Origin: Callorhinchus milii
Lineage: Eukaryota
Reading direction: 5' to 3'
Length of the DNA stretch: 64,000 nucleotides
Assembly: GCF_018977255.1 (NCBI RefSeq)
Contig: NW_024704742.1
Coordinates: forward strand, 56,236,001-56,300,000
Every line of letters begins with the position of its first letter. Position 1 is the stretch's first letter. The notes beneath the pieces were generated by a model. It ran no database searches and was not told where the DNA came from. It was given only the letters and a program-made list of their open reading frames with translations. Below are positions 13,061 through 25,962 of the stretch, piece by piece. The translations under genes were made by a program, and so were the position numbers.

Positions 13061-13881
13061 AGGGAAGTGCAAAGTCATCCACCTAGGTAGCAAAAACAGT
13101 AGAGCGGGTTATTTTTTGGAGGGGAGAGATTGTGTTAGCGTCCAGAGGGACTTGGGTGACCTTGTACACCAATCACAGAAAGTTAGTCTGCAGATGCAGC
13201 AGCAATTAGGAAGGCGAACGGTATGTTAGCATTCATTATGAAAGGATTAGAGTATAAGAGTAGGGAAGTCTTGCTGCAACTGTATAGGGCCCTGGTGAGA
13301 CCACACCTGGAATACTGTGTGCAGTTTTGGTCTCTTTGTTTAAGGAAGGATGTACTTGCCGTGGAGGGGGTGCAGCGTAGATTTACTGGGTTAGTACCAG
13401 GGATGAAGGGGATGAGTTACGAGGATAGGCTGACCAATTTAGGCCTAAAATTCTCTAGAATATAGAAGAATTAGAGAGGATCTTATAGAAACCTATAAGA
13501 TCATCAAAGGGCATGACAGAGTAGATAGTGGGAGATTGTTTCCCCTGGTTGGAGAAACTAAAACCAGGGGTCACAACCTTAAAATCAGAGTCCAGCCCTT
13601 TCACATTGAGTTGAGGAAGAACATCTTCACTCAAAGGGTGGTGAATGTATGGAACTCACTACCCCAAAGGGCTGTTGATGCTCAGTCCTTGAACATATTC
13701 AAGACTGAGATAGATGTGTTTCTTATTGCAAAAGGTATTAAAGGATATGAGAATCAGGCAGGGTTATGGTATTAGCTGGAGTTAGATTAGAAGATCAGCC
13801 ATGATTGAATGATGGGGCAGGCTCGAAGGGTCGAATGGCCTACTCCTGCTCCTACATGTTATGTTATGTTGTGTTATGTTA
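13061..13881 (+). mobile_element. Young CR1 3' fragment inserted inside a SINE
   Basis: KCKVIHLG..LYRALVRPHLEYCVQFW..TRGHNLKI..FTQRVVNVWNSLP; (ATGTT)n tail; SINE halves flank it at ~12950-13060 and 13882-13975. Confidence 0.95.
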
Positions 13882-14017
13882 TACAGTCAATTCACTTTTC
13901 AGTATATTCTGTGAAGCACTTTGAGAGGTTTCAAAGATGTGATAAGGTGCTATATCAAATGTAAGGATTATTTATTTTACACATGTAACCTGTTGTTGTT
14001 GTCAAATTGAAACTTAC

Positions 14018-14100
14018 CAGCTGCTTTATGAAAGGATGCAGCTGAGCATTTGTGCTTAACCTATCCACAATGCTGTAGTCAGCCTCAGCAGAAAATAAAT
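14018..14100 (-). other. Candidate exon (83 bp), unidentified
   Basis: Acceptor atatttgcag|, donor ctg|gtaagt; open frame (x)LFSAEADYSIVDRLSTNAQLHPFIKQL; no family recognised. Confidence 0.25.
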
Positions 14101-14416
14101 CTGCAAATATCTAAATGGTGTACGCTGTGCCAAAAATGTGATTATGTGTACTATGTAATTCCTGCACGGTGTAAAAAGTCATAGGCCACGTGGCTTCATC
14201 CAGGAGTTAAGACAGTAATTTTCAATTACTTCACCTGAATTCTGATTGGATGTGCTATTTTTTAGGATGCAGAGAGAAATCTTTCCTACCAGCCACTTCT
14301 TATTGTGCCAGCTGATTTGGCAGAGAATGCTGAGCTGCATTTTCTCTCACAACAAGCTGAAAGTCTCCCAAAGGTACCCCTCCATGCACAAAAATTCTTT
14401 GTTTGCTCAAACATTC

Positions 14417-15115
14417 AAACAACGACTTGCATTTAAATAGTGCTTTCACGCGGGTTGCATCTTGAAGTACTTGACAGCGGTATAATCTGATGCCAAGCTG
14501 GAAAGAGAGGGAGGTGACTGAAGGCACCACTGAAGAGAAAAGTCTTCAGGTTGTGATTTGAAGATGGGCAAAGGGAGGCAAGATGGAATGATTGAAGCAA
14601 GGAATTCCAGAGATTTGAATCATCGTGGCTGAAAATCATGGCCACTAATGCTGGAGAAGAGGGGAGGAGGAAGGTGCAGAAGACAACAACAACTTGCATT
14701 TATACAGTGTCCTTCATGTGGGGCAGTGTCTTGTAAAGATGGGGCAAGATGGAAGGGTTGTGGGAGAGAGTTCCAAAGCTTCAGGGCGTAGTGGGTGAAA
14801 GTGTGACTGCCGGTGGTGGAGTGGAGGACACGAGCCCCATGTAGTAGGCCAGAGCCACCTGAACAGGTAATGGAGTGGAGAGAGAGGAGTTCAGAAAAGA
14901 ATGGAGATGCCAGGGTGTGAAGAGAATTGTAGACGAGTGAGAGGATCTTGAAATTGATCTGTTCTGTGATAGGGAGCCAGTCGAACCTGGCGAGGACTGG
15001 TGTTATGGTGTGATGTACCGATCCTGAAATCGATGAGATCACGGGCAGCAGAGATTTGTATAATTTGGACCTACTTATCATGGAACTCGGGAGACCTGCA
15101 TGGAACGCATTAGAA
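14417..15115 (-). mobile_element. Two nested or adjacent L2 3' fragments
   Basis: ITPVLARFDWLPITEQINFKIL..LWNSLPQ; two separate CAA tails at ~14420 and ~14683. Confidence 0.85.
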
Positions 15116-15489
15116 AATTTACAAATTCAAAGAAAACAAAGCCAGTTGTCATTCTGTCTATCCAGATAAGATTGATCATTCAATTTTTGACTGTTTGTGA
15201 GACAGTGCCAAATTGGCTGTTGCATTCACTTACTGCAGTTATACACTTTACAGTAAAATTCTGTGAAGTGCTTTAGAACATCCTTCTGTTGTGGAAGTCA
15301 CTATACCGTTCTTTGAGCTTCTATGCCGCCAACCTGTGGAACTCCCTGCCTCAATCCCTTTACCTTATGCGAGGCCATTGTATAAATGCAAATTGTTGTT
15401 TTGGGTGGTGGTGGTGGTGTACAATTTGCATGGATTATTACAACTATTATTGGTTTATGATGTTAAACAGAAAGGTAACCAGGAAGAAG

Positions 15490-15752
15490 ATAGAACTAAT
15501 ATTATTCAGAGTAAACAGACGAGGAAACATGCAAGTGAGATTCAGTTACTTTATATAGTGCAGTGAGTGGTGAATGTGTGAAATAGACTATCCAGGGAGG
15601 AGGTGGAGGAAGATTGTTAGCAAATTCATGGAGAAATATATGATATTTGGCTAATACATCAATGGAAGCACAGCAGTGTGGGATTAATTTTTCTTTATTT
15701 TTGGGCTGGCCAGATGGTCTTTGTCAGCCTTGTACATCTCCATGTTCCTATA
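15490..15752 (+). mobile_element. Old CR1 3' end
   Basis: Degraded ..LFRV...TRGN..F..RVVNVWN.L; ends catgttcct. Confidence 0.55.
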
Positions 15753-15763
15753 TGGAACTATAA

Positions 15764-16081
15764 GGAGTCCTGTAGCTCAGTGGTTAGAGCACTCGCTTTG
15801 CAAGTGAGAGACCTGAGTTCAATTCCAGGCAGGGCGAAACCTTGGGCAAGTTTCCTTACCGCACACGCCTAATAATAATCCCTCCAAAACCAAAAACAAT
15901 TAATAAATTGGTCATTTTCAATCTACGACTGTTTGTGGGACATTGCTGTGCGCAATTGGCTGCCGCGTTCGCCCACAAATATACAGTCAATTCACTTTAC
16001 AGTGTGTTCTGTGAAGTGCTTTGGGACATCCTCCCGACGTGAAAAGCGCTATATCAAATGCAAGGATTATTATTATTATTA
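15764..16081 (+). mobile_element. Young full-length tRNA-derived SINE (short form)
   Basis: Same head, body and (ATT)n tail as 4467-4796. Confidence 0.95.
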
Positions 16082-16433
16082 TATATAAAGAATTTCTATG
16101 TTCCTATATATAAAAAATAAAGATAAGAAAGGATACCATAAAAAACAACAAGATTACATTTGTATAGTGTCTTTCATGTTGAGAAGACGTCCCAAGGTGC
16201 TGGACAGTGTACAACATTTCAGACCCGAGCTGGGATCAGGGAGGGAGAAGGGAAAGGAGGGTGGCCGATGGCATATGCTTCAATCAAAAGAACAATAGAA
16301 TAAAGTATGAAATCAGAGATAAAGACAGCATAAGCTAACCACTAACCAGTAAAAAACAACAACTTGCAAGTATATAGTACAGTGTCATGCATATGGAATA
16401 ACATCTTGGGGCACTTATGAGCTCATATATGAG

Positions 16434-16673
16434 GGGAGAAATTTCACCAGGGTTTAGATTTACTTTGTTTCTGTAGAATTTCGGAGCTTCCAGAATTTTC
16501 CAAATTTAATAAATACAGGCTAATTTTGAAGCCATTTTACTCCAAGCTTTTTTTTAAAGAACTTACCAAACATCAAATTCAAATTTAAGACTGAATTCAA
16601 GAATTTGTCAAATTGTGGACACTTACATTTTTACATTATCAGAGTAAATCTAGACCCTGGTGGATGTTTTCCC
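16434..16673. mobile_element. MITE with ~34-bp terminal inverted repeats
   Basis: Left gggagaaatttcaccagggtttagatttactttg versus reverse complement of right end gggaaaacatccaccagggtctagatttactctg. Confidence 0.75.
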
Positions 16674-17895
16674 AAGAATATTAGAAAAGAGTAAATATTT
16701 TAAACTGAAGAAGTTAGCGTTATTGAAGAACAATGTGTTTCAATATTCACGGCTTTGAAGAATTTTGAAACAACGTAAAAAGCAATATATCAGATGCAAA
16801 GGTTTTCTTTTATTTAAGACCCAATTCCTGGTTTCAATACATAGGAAAGGCCGACATTCCAGTGCAGTACTGGAGAAACGCTGTATTGATGGAGGTATCT
16901 CCTTTGGAGTAAAGTATTACACTCTTAATATATGTGCTCTGAGATGTTACCCTGCGTGAAAGGCACAATATAAATGCAAGTTGTTGTTTTTGTTATATAT
17001 AGCGTGATGAATCCCGTCAGAGATGTTTTGAACATTATTATGATCATGCCCATTAAAATAAAAGGCTGTTGAACCTTAAGAAGTGAGTGATGATACCAAA
17101 GTGATTCATAAGAAAGGGATAATTTTCTTTATTTTTTGGAAATTACCTTCTGATGAATTAGATTTTGTTCTAGAAAAAAGCTGCTGCCTGTAATGAGGAC
17201 ATTAGGAATAAAGTCTATTGAAAATAAATTGCGCAGCTGGGTGGTCCATTTTTCTTATGAGGAATGTAATCTTACCTAAACTGTTCTTAAAGATGTTTCA
17301 TTTGAGTCTGCTAATAAGTTTCTACCTGCTAAAATAATGCAGGTATTAAGAATAAGAGTGATGAATAGACCCTTTTTTTTCTTAAAGCAATTCAGCATCT
17401 AAAACTAAGATACATTTGAATATGATTTTCGAATTGCTGGTACACTTATTGACCTAGAGCTATGATCTTATGACCAGATTGTCCTCTGCCAAATTAGAAA
17501 CTGTAATTGTACCACCTAAGAAATAATATAATTATTTTAGTTATGGTCATTCTAAAAGAAATCTTTGTTATGGTGTCAGCCTGGCTCGGCTGCTAGCATT
17601 CTTGTCTCTGAGTCAAAAGGTTGTGGATTCAAGCCCAATGTTGCAGATTTGAACTCACAAAACTGGACCGAGGATGTGATCTTTGAGTAACCGATTATTT
17701 GAACCTCTGTAGTTGTGTCCTCAATAAGGCTGTGAATGACTGACGAGTTTTAAATTGGATCAGACTTCATAGATGGCCCTGGGCTTTAGCTTGTTCCTTT
17801 CACCTAGCTCCCATCATGTTGCTCGCTATCACATATCCTATTGAGATGGTCTGCCTGTCTTTCTAAAGCTGCTTGCTGGCCTTGGGTCTATCACA

Positions 17896-18792
17896 GTCCT
17901 ATAGTGTATTGTTTAGCACACTCGCCTCATAAGCGAGAGGATCCAGGTTCAATTCCCGGGCAGGGCAAATCTTAGGCAAGTTTCCTTACTCCACACACCT
18001 CTGTTTACCTAGCAGTAAGTTGGAACCCTGTTGTTGGTCGATTGGTGGATCAGTCTTCCGTGGATAATACTCCATTCAAAATAAAATAATATTAATAATT
18101 TGGTCACTCAATCCATAACTGTTTGTGTGACACTATTGTGCCTGTGAGACGGTTCTCACTCCTTGTTATACTTGCAAATTTTATTAATGCTTTCATACTA
18201 AGTGGTTTCTGCTCTCTCCTAACTCTGTCAGTATGAGCCCCTACTCAAAGGTGGCTCAACTGAGTCAGAATTAGACACTCAGACTAGTATTCCCAGTTAA
18301 CTACAATGCCTGGTAACTGGAATGTCCAATCAAAGTCTGCTCACGCTGCCATAACTCCGATGTCGACAGCTACTTTCTAAGTTCTTACTCATTTGCTTTT
18401 TTTAGAATATTACAGAGACTTGAGGATACATTTGGTAGAAAACAACAGCTCTTTATTAAGGCCTAGCAACCCTAGGCTACCTGGCATATAATAAATAAAA
18501 CAACGTAAGATAAACAACAATGGGATAAAATATAATTAACACACATAACTATACAACTAACAGCACAATACTACATTAGTAAAAAGGCTTCAAACAACCC
18601 GATGGTACAGTAGTCTTATACATGTCAATACGTACCGGATGATGACCATTAGCTAGCGACTACGAGGAGCGCCGAGCATTGCCTTTGATAGGCATGTGGC
18701 TCCACCCACAGTATGATGCAAATGCTTTGAGACATCTCGAAGACGTGATAAGGCGTGATATCAAATGCAAGGATTATTATTATTATTTTTAT
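17896..18792 (+). mobile_element. Long-form SINE split by a ~570-bp insertion
   Basis: tRNA-Val-like head at 17896, body to 18142, tail resumes at ~18711. Confidence 0.8.
18143..18710 (-). mobile_element. Putative solo LTR
   Basis: TGTG...CACA termini, minus-strand AATAAA (tttatt at ~18453), interrupts a SINE; no TSD seen. Confidence 0.45.
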
Positions 18793-19155
18793 TTTAAACA
18801 CAACCTGAAGAACAAAAATCAAAAGGGGAAGCATGCAGAGTTTGGTGTGGGCGAGGTTGTGGCAGTGAAGTTTCTAAGGAACTCGATGCTTGCAAAAGAT
18901 GGAACCAAGGAGCCTGGCAAGAAGTGCGTTTAAAGAAGAGCAGAAAAGATAACCCAAAGACAAGTGGTTCAGGGTTGGGCACCACACACGGGCTCACCAC
19001 CTTTTCTTTCTGGCTTGGTCCGTAATGGGAGGATTGTTATCATTGACAGGCACATTCTGTGAAGCCAGCAGTTTTCTCCACTCTAATCAAAGTGTGAACA
19101 AACGGCAAATTTAAAACTGTCATGCAGTTCTGAAGCAATTCAGGAAAGTAATTAA

Positions 19156-19596
19156 AACAACAACAACAACAAGATTCCATTTATTGAGCGCCTTTCACGT
19201 CGGGAGGACGTCTCAAGGTGCTGTACAGTTGGGTCAGGACCCGAGCAGGGGGGAAATGATCAGGGTGAGGGGAGGGAAGGGAGAGAGCGAGGAGGGGGTA
19301 GAGAGTCGAGAGCGGAGCTGAAGGCACGGTCAAAGAGAAAGGTCTTGAGACCGGCCTTGAAGGAGGAAAGGGAGGAGGCGGCGAAGGCACTGGGGATAGA
19401 GTTCCAGAGCCTAGGGGCTGAAAGGCTGAAGGCCCGGCCACCGATGGTAGGGCGGTTGGGGTGGGGGATGTGGAGCAGACCGGAGCCAGAGGAACGGAGG
19501 GTACGGGCAGGTAGGTAGGGGGATAGTAGGTCGGAGAGGTAGGAGGGAGCGAGGCCGTGAATGGCCTTGTAGGTGAGGATGAGGATCTTGAATTCG
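19156..19596 (-). mobile_element. Young L2 3' end
   Basis: FKILILTYKAIHGLAPSYLSDLL..RTLRSSG..GGRAFSLSAPRLWNS..FKAGLKTFLF; stem-loop plus (TTG)n. Confidence 0.95.
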
Positions 19597-20690
19597 AAAA
19601 GCAGTTGAATGCCAATTTTATTGAATTGCAGCAGGAATTCCAATATACCCTGTGCTCAATAATATCCCAATTTGCAGTATATTTTGCCAGCTCAGAGTCA
19701 AAGTTCATATCCTGTAGCTTTACTGGTTGGCGGAGCTGCTGTTGGCTCTAACTGTGCTGGTTTCCAGTCCTGGATGTCCAGGCTGTCAACTGCATCCTCA
19801 TCCACACCAAACTCTGTATGTACATTACCCCAGTCCTTGCCAGATTTCACTGTAGTCCTGTCATCCCAACTTACTTCAAGTTCCTTACTCTCACCTAAAA
19901 TCCCTTCATGCACCATCACCTTTTTGTACTGTGATCTACTCCTGCCAACTCTACAGGAATAATTTTTTCTGACACATTTCTTTTGAGTATAAATTTGCTG
20001 ATTCCTGGGAGCAAAATCACTTGTAGCAATTGGTTGGTGCTACAAATGAAGAGCTCTCGAGTTCAATTTAGAAGATTGCCATTGGTAAATTAATCATTAT
20101 TGCATTAAAAGACTATGGTAATTTCATTTTGCACAAAGACAGCATTTGAGATATCAGTACTGGAACATCATTACCTTATTGATTGTTGAATATTAGAAAT
20201 AATTCTTATCCAGTTATTTGAATGACATTTTATTTGAACTAATTTTGCAAAAATAAAGGTACAGTAATTCTCTTCCTTAAAATAATATGAATTTCACAGA
20301 TTTCGCAATTTCACAGCGGTGAAATTGGAAATTGCTCAATTTATTTTATAATTGCTATCTGTTCTTACGCCTATCGTTGAAATCGCTGGCTTCACTCACA
20401 GGTCAAATAATTCAGCATAAAGACAGAAAATTAAATTACTTTAGCAAAGTATACTGTTGATCAACTTAAAAACATTTAACATTTGCAAAACATTTGTGCA
20501 TCCCATTGTTTCACCCTCCCTCCCCGCCTTAAGACATATGTTTAAAACCCGCCTTAAGACATATGTTTTCGACCGCATTTCCCTCCCCTCAACCCCACAG
20601 CTTGGTTTTCCAGTCAGCCACGCAAGTGCCTTTAGGCAACTTGGGAGGCTGTCTCATCTGCAATTTATAAATGTAAATTGTTGTTGGAGG

Positions 20691-20900
20691 TGTCAGCCTG
20701 GCTCAGTTGGTAGCAATCTCACCTCTGAGTTAGAAGGTTGTGAGTTCAGTGCCCACATCAAGACTTTGAACTTACAAGTCAAGGTGGACACTTGTCTGGG
20801 GTGCATTACATTGATGGATGCAGTGCTTTGGATGAGATGTTAAACCAAAGTCCTGTCTGCCTGTTCAGGTGGACATTAAAGATTCCATGACACTATTCCA
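20691..20900 (+). mobile_element. DeuSINE (SacSINE1-like) head and Deu domain
   Basis: tgtcagcctggctcagttggtagca..tctgagt.agaaggttgtg.gttc; gatgagatgttaaacc..ctgcctgttcaggtggacattaaaga. Confidence 0.85.
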
Positions 20901-21764
20901 ATAGTGAGGTTGACACTCTGTGAAAAAGTTCTCACCGCACTCTGTGAAAACATTCTTAAACTCCTTATTAGATTTATTACTAGCTATCGTATATTTATGT
21001 CCTTGAGTTTTGCACTCACCAACAAGTGGAAACTTCCTAACAACTACATTATGGAATTTTTATGCGCCAGTATGATTTGCTGCTACAAATGTGGATAGTT
21101 CTTCCACATTTGTAGCAGCTCAACAGAAATTATCTCTTATTTTCTATTTTACATATTCTATTTCTCTATTTTTCCCAACAAAAATGTCTACATGTGAAAG
21201 TATTCATAAAGCTAGAGATGTAGAATTAGTATAGAACAAGTTAATAAAATACATTACACATAATCAAACAAGTCTCATAAACTAATACTTTAGTAAAACA
21301 TTTTCATTAGAATATAATATCCTGATTAATGAATATTAGTTTGCCTAATAGCTTTCTTTTCCCTTAATCTATAGTGTACCCTCTATTTGAAAAAAAATAA
21401 TCTCCCTATCATAATCTTCAATTCTGTGACAATTTTAGATTCATTAAAGAGCTCAGCTGGATAATAGAAGATAATCTTTTTCATTCTGTATCCATCTGCC
21501 TTTCTTTGCAAAAGAAACACTGTGTTGTTATTCATGAGAAAACACTGCTTCGATATGAAACAATAATTCTTGTGATTTGAATAGAAAATTGAACTCAATT
21601 CTTAAATGATCTTAACTTTTCAAACACTGAGTCCCATACCCAATTTTAGATGTAAAGTGATGTATAGCTTATCATACTGAATTTTAACAAAAGCATAACA
21701 TTGACAGTGGAAGCAAGGTTTGAATGAATGTGTTATTCCCATTGTTTTAGCAGACGACTATTTA

Positions 21765-22233
21765 CTCTTGCCCAATTCCATTGGCTCCCCATCCCCCAGA
21801 CGATCGAGTTCAAGATCCTCATCCTCACCTTTAAGGCCATCCATGGCCTTGTCCCCTCCTACCTCTCTGATCTGCTGACTCCCTACCAACCTGCCCGCTT
21901 CCTCCGTTCAGCGGGCTCCGGCCTGTTCCATGTCTTTCGCCCGACCCGCCCTACCATCGGTGGACGGGCTTTCAGCCTCTCTGCACCCACACTCTGTAAC
22001 TCCATCCCACAGTCCCTTCACCTCACTTCCTCCCTTGCCTCCTTCAAGGCCGGTCTCAAGACCCTTCTCTTCGACTGTGCCTTTGGTCTCCCTCCCACCT
22101 CTCTGCCTTCCCTTACCCCAACACCTCCCCTCCCCCATGCTCGGGCTCCGACACCTGACTGTTCAGCGCTTTGGGACATCCTCCCGACGTGAAAGGCGCT
22201 CTATAAATGTAATTTTGCTGTTGTTGTTGTTGT
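21765..22233 (+). mobile_element. Young L2 3' end
   Basis: HWLPIPQTIEFKILILTFKAIHGL..GGRAFS..LKTLLF; stem-loop at 22165-22200; (TTG)n. Confidence 0.95.
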
Positions 22234-22744
22234 TTAGGTATTTTACTGGTTTTGCTAACACACCTAGTAACTACATATCTTAATGAGAAACGTAAAATGG
22301 GTAATATATATCAGATCGTATGATGATTTCCCAATTTGTTGGAACAGGTCAAGCCCACTTTCAGATGAATATCAATATTATTCCATTGTGCCAATCTCCT
22401 TCACAATCATACCTTGTGCTAATGTAAATTTTTCATGTATATAATGAAATTTAAAATACCGCAAGTTTGACCAAACTTTATCTTGTATAATCTGATTAAA
22501 ATCAAAACGGTATCTTAAATTATATAGCATAAACCAGTACTGATCCATTTGTAATTTGATTACATTTATCAATGGAACTATATATAACGTTACAAAGAAA
22601 CCTCATCCTTTATCACCCCATCCCCCCTTTCAACCTGTTCTCTGATGGTATTCCTGTTTCCAGGGCAGTCTGGAATATTATAAGAAAGAACTTGGATTTC
22701 CAAATATATAAAATATTTTAAAAAGTGCTTCAGTCATTATTGTC

Positions 22745-23587
22745 TTTTTTATTATCAGCTGGGTGGCTGCCACATGCGGAAACCCAACGATAACAACAAA
22801 TTACATTTATATAGTGCCTTTCACATTGGAAGGATGTCTCTGGACAGTTAAGCACCCGAGCTGGGAAGAGGCACTAATGTGGTCAATAATGCAGAGGTGT
22901 AGGAAGACAGGACAGGTCATGGCACGGATATAGTGTTTAAAGGATACTTGAGGGCTGAACAGGATACCAAGGTTCTGTACTGGCTCTGTGAGGTGGAGAG
23001 TGCGTCTGTTAATAATGATACTAGCAGTGAAACCCATCATCATGCTTGAGCATCCAACCCCCAAACTGAGAGTTCTATGCATCACACCTATACGTGGAAA
23101 TTCCAGAAATATTTGTTAAAATGGAATGCGCAATCTCTCTCCGGAGGGAGCTGCTTTCCTAATTCTGGAAAATATTAGGCACAGATAGGTAAGAGCCAGG
23201 GCTTGGGGGCCTGAGAGTGTGCGCCTGGGTACTGCTGGAGTCTAACCAGCTAAAACTGCACAGCTTTCTGTTGAAAGCACTGTCTGGAAAACGTTTTCTC
23301 TGCTTGTCCAGCTAGGACCACCATACCCCTAGAGCTTTGGTTTATAGGGTTAATGAGAGCTGATTGGGAAGAGTGACTAATCTGCCTTTCCAAGTCCAGC
23401 CAATGAACCGGTCGGGCTGTGCTATCATCAGCAGTGCCCTGGAATATACCATGAACCTGCCTGTCTCAAAAACTGGACTTGCAAGACCGCCACTGGGGGT
23501 TGGCTCAATTTTGATATTCCATTGCGAATCATGTTACTGTGGAACTAGTTCAGCTACGAGGAGATCCCCCGCCAAGGAGGATAATCA
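22745..23587 (-). mobile_element. Apparently full-length copy B of unclassified ~590-bp retroposon, interrupted by L2
   Basis: Collinear with 61402-61994 along its whole length; A-rich tail on the minus strand. Confidence 0.8.
22787..23028 (-). mobile_element. Internally deleted L2 fragment with 8-bp TSD
   Basis: LHLTEPVQNLGILF plus L2 tail; gaaaccca at 22779-22786 and 23029-23036. Confidence 0.85.
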
Positions 23588-23969
23588 ACATGTCAAAACA
23601 ACAACCCTTGGCCTAGAAACAAGAATGCTTTTCTTCATCCTCTTCCATAAACATTGAAGCAAAATACTTAAGTATCTGACAATTTCTTATTCTCTCCTGC
23701 ATTTGATCTATTTTTGGCCCAAGTACTTTCTTGACTTTCCTTCGCTTCTGAAATACATACAAAAACCTGTGCTGTTATTCTCTATGTTGTTTTTATATTA
23801 TTTTATCTTAATCTTCTTATTCCTTTTTTCACCTCTTGTCGTTGTATTTTACCTAATTTCCTCTGTATTACTTATCATGACTTTACGACATATAGCTTTT
23901 TAGTGTCAGTTTCAAGCTGGCACTTGAATCAACCTCCTTACTGCTAGTTGAAATGTTTTTAGTCCGTAA

Positions 23970-25206
23970 CATATCCATCTCATGCTTAATCATTTCCCAT
24001 TACTCATCTCCTTCCTATCATCTGGCACCATTCTCATCCCCCTAAAAACAGTTATAATCACCCCTACCCTGAAATAATAACATTCCTTGGACCAATCCCT
24101 GCTTTTGATCTACCGGCCCATCTCCAACCTCCTTTTTCTTTCCAAGGTCCTTGAAAGAGTCATTGCTTCCCAGCTTCGCTCCTTCCTCTCTTACCTCTCC
24201 CTTCACAAGCCCCTCCAATTGGGTTTCCGTGCTGTTCACAGCAGGGAAACTGCTATGGTCAAGGTCACGAATGACATGTTGTCCAACTGTGACCAGGGCT
24301 CTCTCTACCTCCTTGTCCTCCTTGACCTCTCTGTTGCCTTCGATACCATGGACCATTTCTCTCCTCTAACCTCAACCTTCAAGGTTCTATCCTTGAATGG
24401 TTCAGGTCTTATCTCTCACACCATCTCCAATTTGACTCCGCCAATGGTTTCTCTTCCATCCTCCACATAGTCTTGTGTGGTGTTCCTCAGAGCTCTGTTC
24501 TTGGTCCCATCTTCTTCAACCTCTACAACCTTGATGACATCATCCGCAGACATGGGGTCAACTTCCACATGTATGCAGATGACACCCAACTCTATCTCTC
24601 TGCCTCCACCCTCAATTCCAGGGTGTCAGACATTAGATATCAAATCCTGGATGAGAGCCAATTTTCTACAGCTGAATGTCAGCAAAACCAAGGCTATCCT
24701 GATTGACTCACGCCAGCGCCTCCGTATCTCAGGCACTGGCAGCATCAACATCTATGGATGCACACTCCACCTCACCAAACCAGTCAAAAATCTTGGCATC
24801 TTGTTCGACCGTCAACTGTTCTTTCTCCCCCATATCTATGCCATGACCCACTCTGCCTTCCCCCACCTCTGCAACATTGCCCTACTCCGCCACTGCTTCA
24901 CTCTTTAGGCCCCTGAAACCCTCATACATACCTTCATTACAACCAGGCTGGGCTTGCAGCCTCTCTGCCCCCACATTTGGAACTCCATCCCACAGTCCCT
25001 TTGCCTTGCTCCCTCTCTTGCCTCTTTCAAGGCATAACTCCCTCCTTTTTGACCATGCCTTCAGCTGCCCTCCTACCCCTCTGCCCTCCCTCATCCCAAC
25101 CCTGCCCCCCACTCTCGGGTCTTGATCCACGACTGTTCAGCACCTTGGGACATCTTCCCAACATGACAGGCTCTTACAAATGTAATTTTGCTGTTGTTGT
25201 TGTTGT
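23970..25206 (+). mobile_element. L2 RT region to 3' end with deletions
   Basis: YRPISNLLFLSKVLERV..Q.GFR..ETA..KVTND..LLDLSVAFDT; GVPQSSVLGP..MYADDTQLY. Confidence 0.95.
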
Positions 25207-25750
25207 CCTTGACATTGTTTTTCTCCCTCTGTTCATCTATTCATTCAGATTGCAACATAATTATACAAAAACAACAATTTTGATTTATACAGTGTCTTTG
25301 CATGAGGATGGCTCAAAGCATTTCACTCAGTGAAATGTCTTTTACCTGCCCCCAGTGATTGGTTTGCCTTTCCAAGTCCCGCCTGGGTGTCGGAAGTGGG
25401 ATAGAGGGAGCTGTGGGTGGGGGTGGTGGTCGGGGAAGGGTGTGAAGGTGATGGAAAGTCAATCGAAAAGATAGGTCTTAAAGTAAATTTTCAAGGTGAG
25501 GAGGGAGGGGGGATGGTAGAGAGTCTCTGAGATGGAGTTCCAAATTCCAGAGAGCAGGGGCAAAATTCCTGAAAGTTCACCAGTTGCTAGGATCAATTAA
25601 ACAAGGTACATGAAGTAGGTGAACATGCTGAAATGAGTACAGCATTTATTCCTCTTACAATGCAATGATTCAGTCAGTAAATCTTAATCTCTTCCATGAC
25701 TCTTCCAACGGAAAGATTAAAAATCTTTCTTTCAATTCTTTAAAGATTCA

Positions 25751-25962
25751 CAAAACACAAAATACAACAGATGTTGGAAATCTGAAACAAAAACAGAGAG
25801 AGCTGGGAAAACTCAGCAAGTCAGGCAGCATCTGTGGAGAAAGGAAAATGAGTCAACGTTTCGGGTTCTGACGAAGGTTGTGGACCCGAAACGCGGACTC
25901 ACTTTCTTTTCTCCATAGATGCTGCCTGACTTGCTGAGTGTTCTCAGCTCTCTCTGTTTTTG
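25751..25962 (+). mobile_element. Palindromic Penelope-like mini-insertion with hammerhead core and 14-bp TSD
   Basis: ~80-bp inverted arms at 25787-25866 and 25884-25963; CTGACGA 25868-25874 ... GAAA 25888-25891; TSD tctttaaagattca at 25737-25750 and 25963-25976. Confidence 0.88.

Noticed and set aside
15764..15835. tRNA-Ala-like sequence (also at 4796, 41052, 49730)
   Set aside because: No proper acceptor stem or terminator, and always fused to the SINE body; it is a SINE head, not a tRNA gene
22760..22780. GCATGTGGCAG similarity to the 7SK 3' end, and TAACCCT similarity to the telomerase RNA template in the same family
   Set aside because: Short matches in single copies only; no other 7SK or TR conserved regions are present
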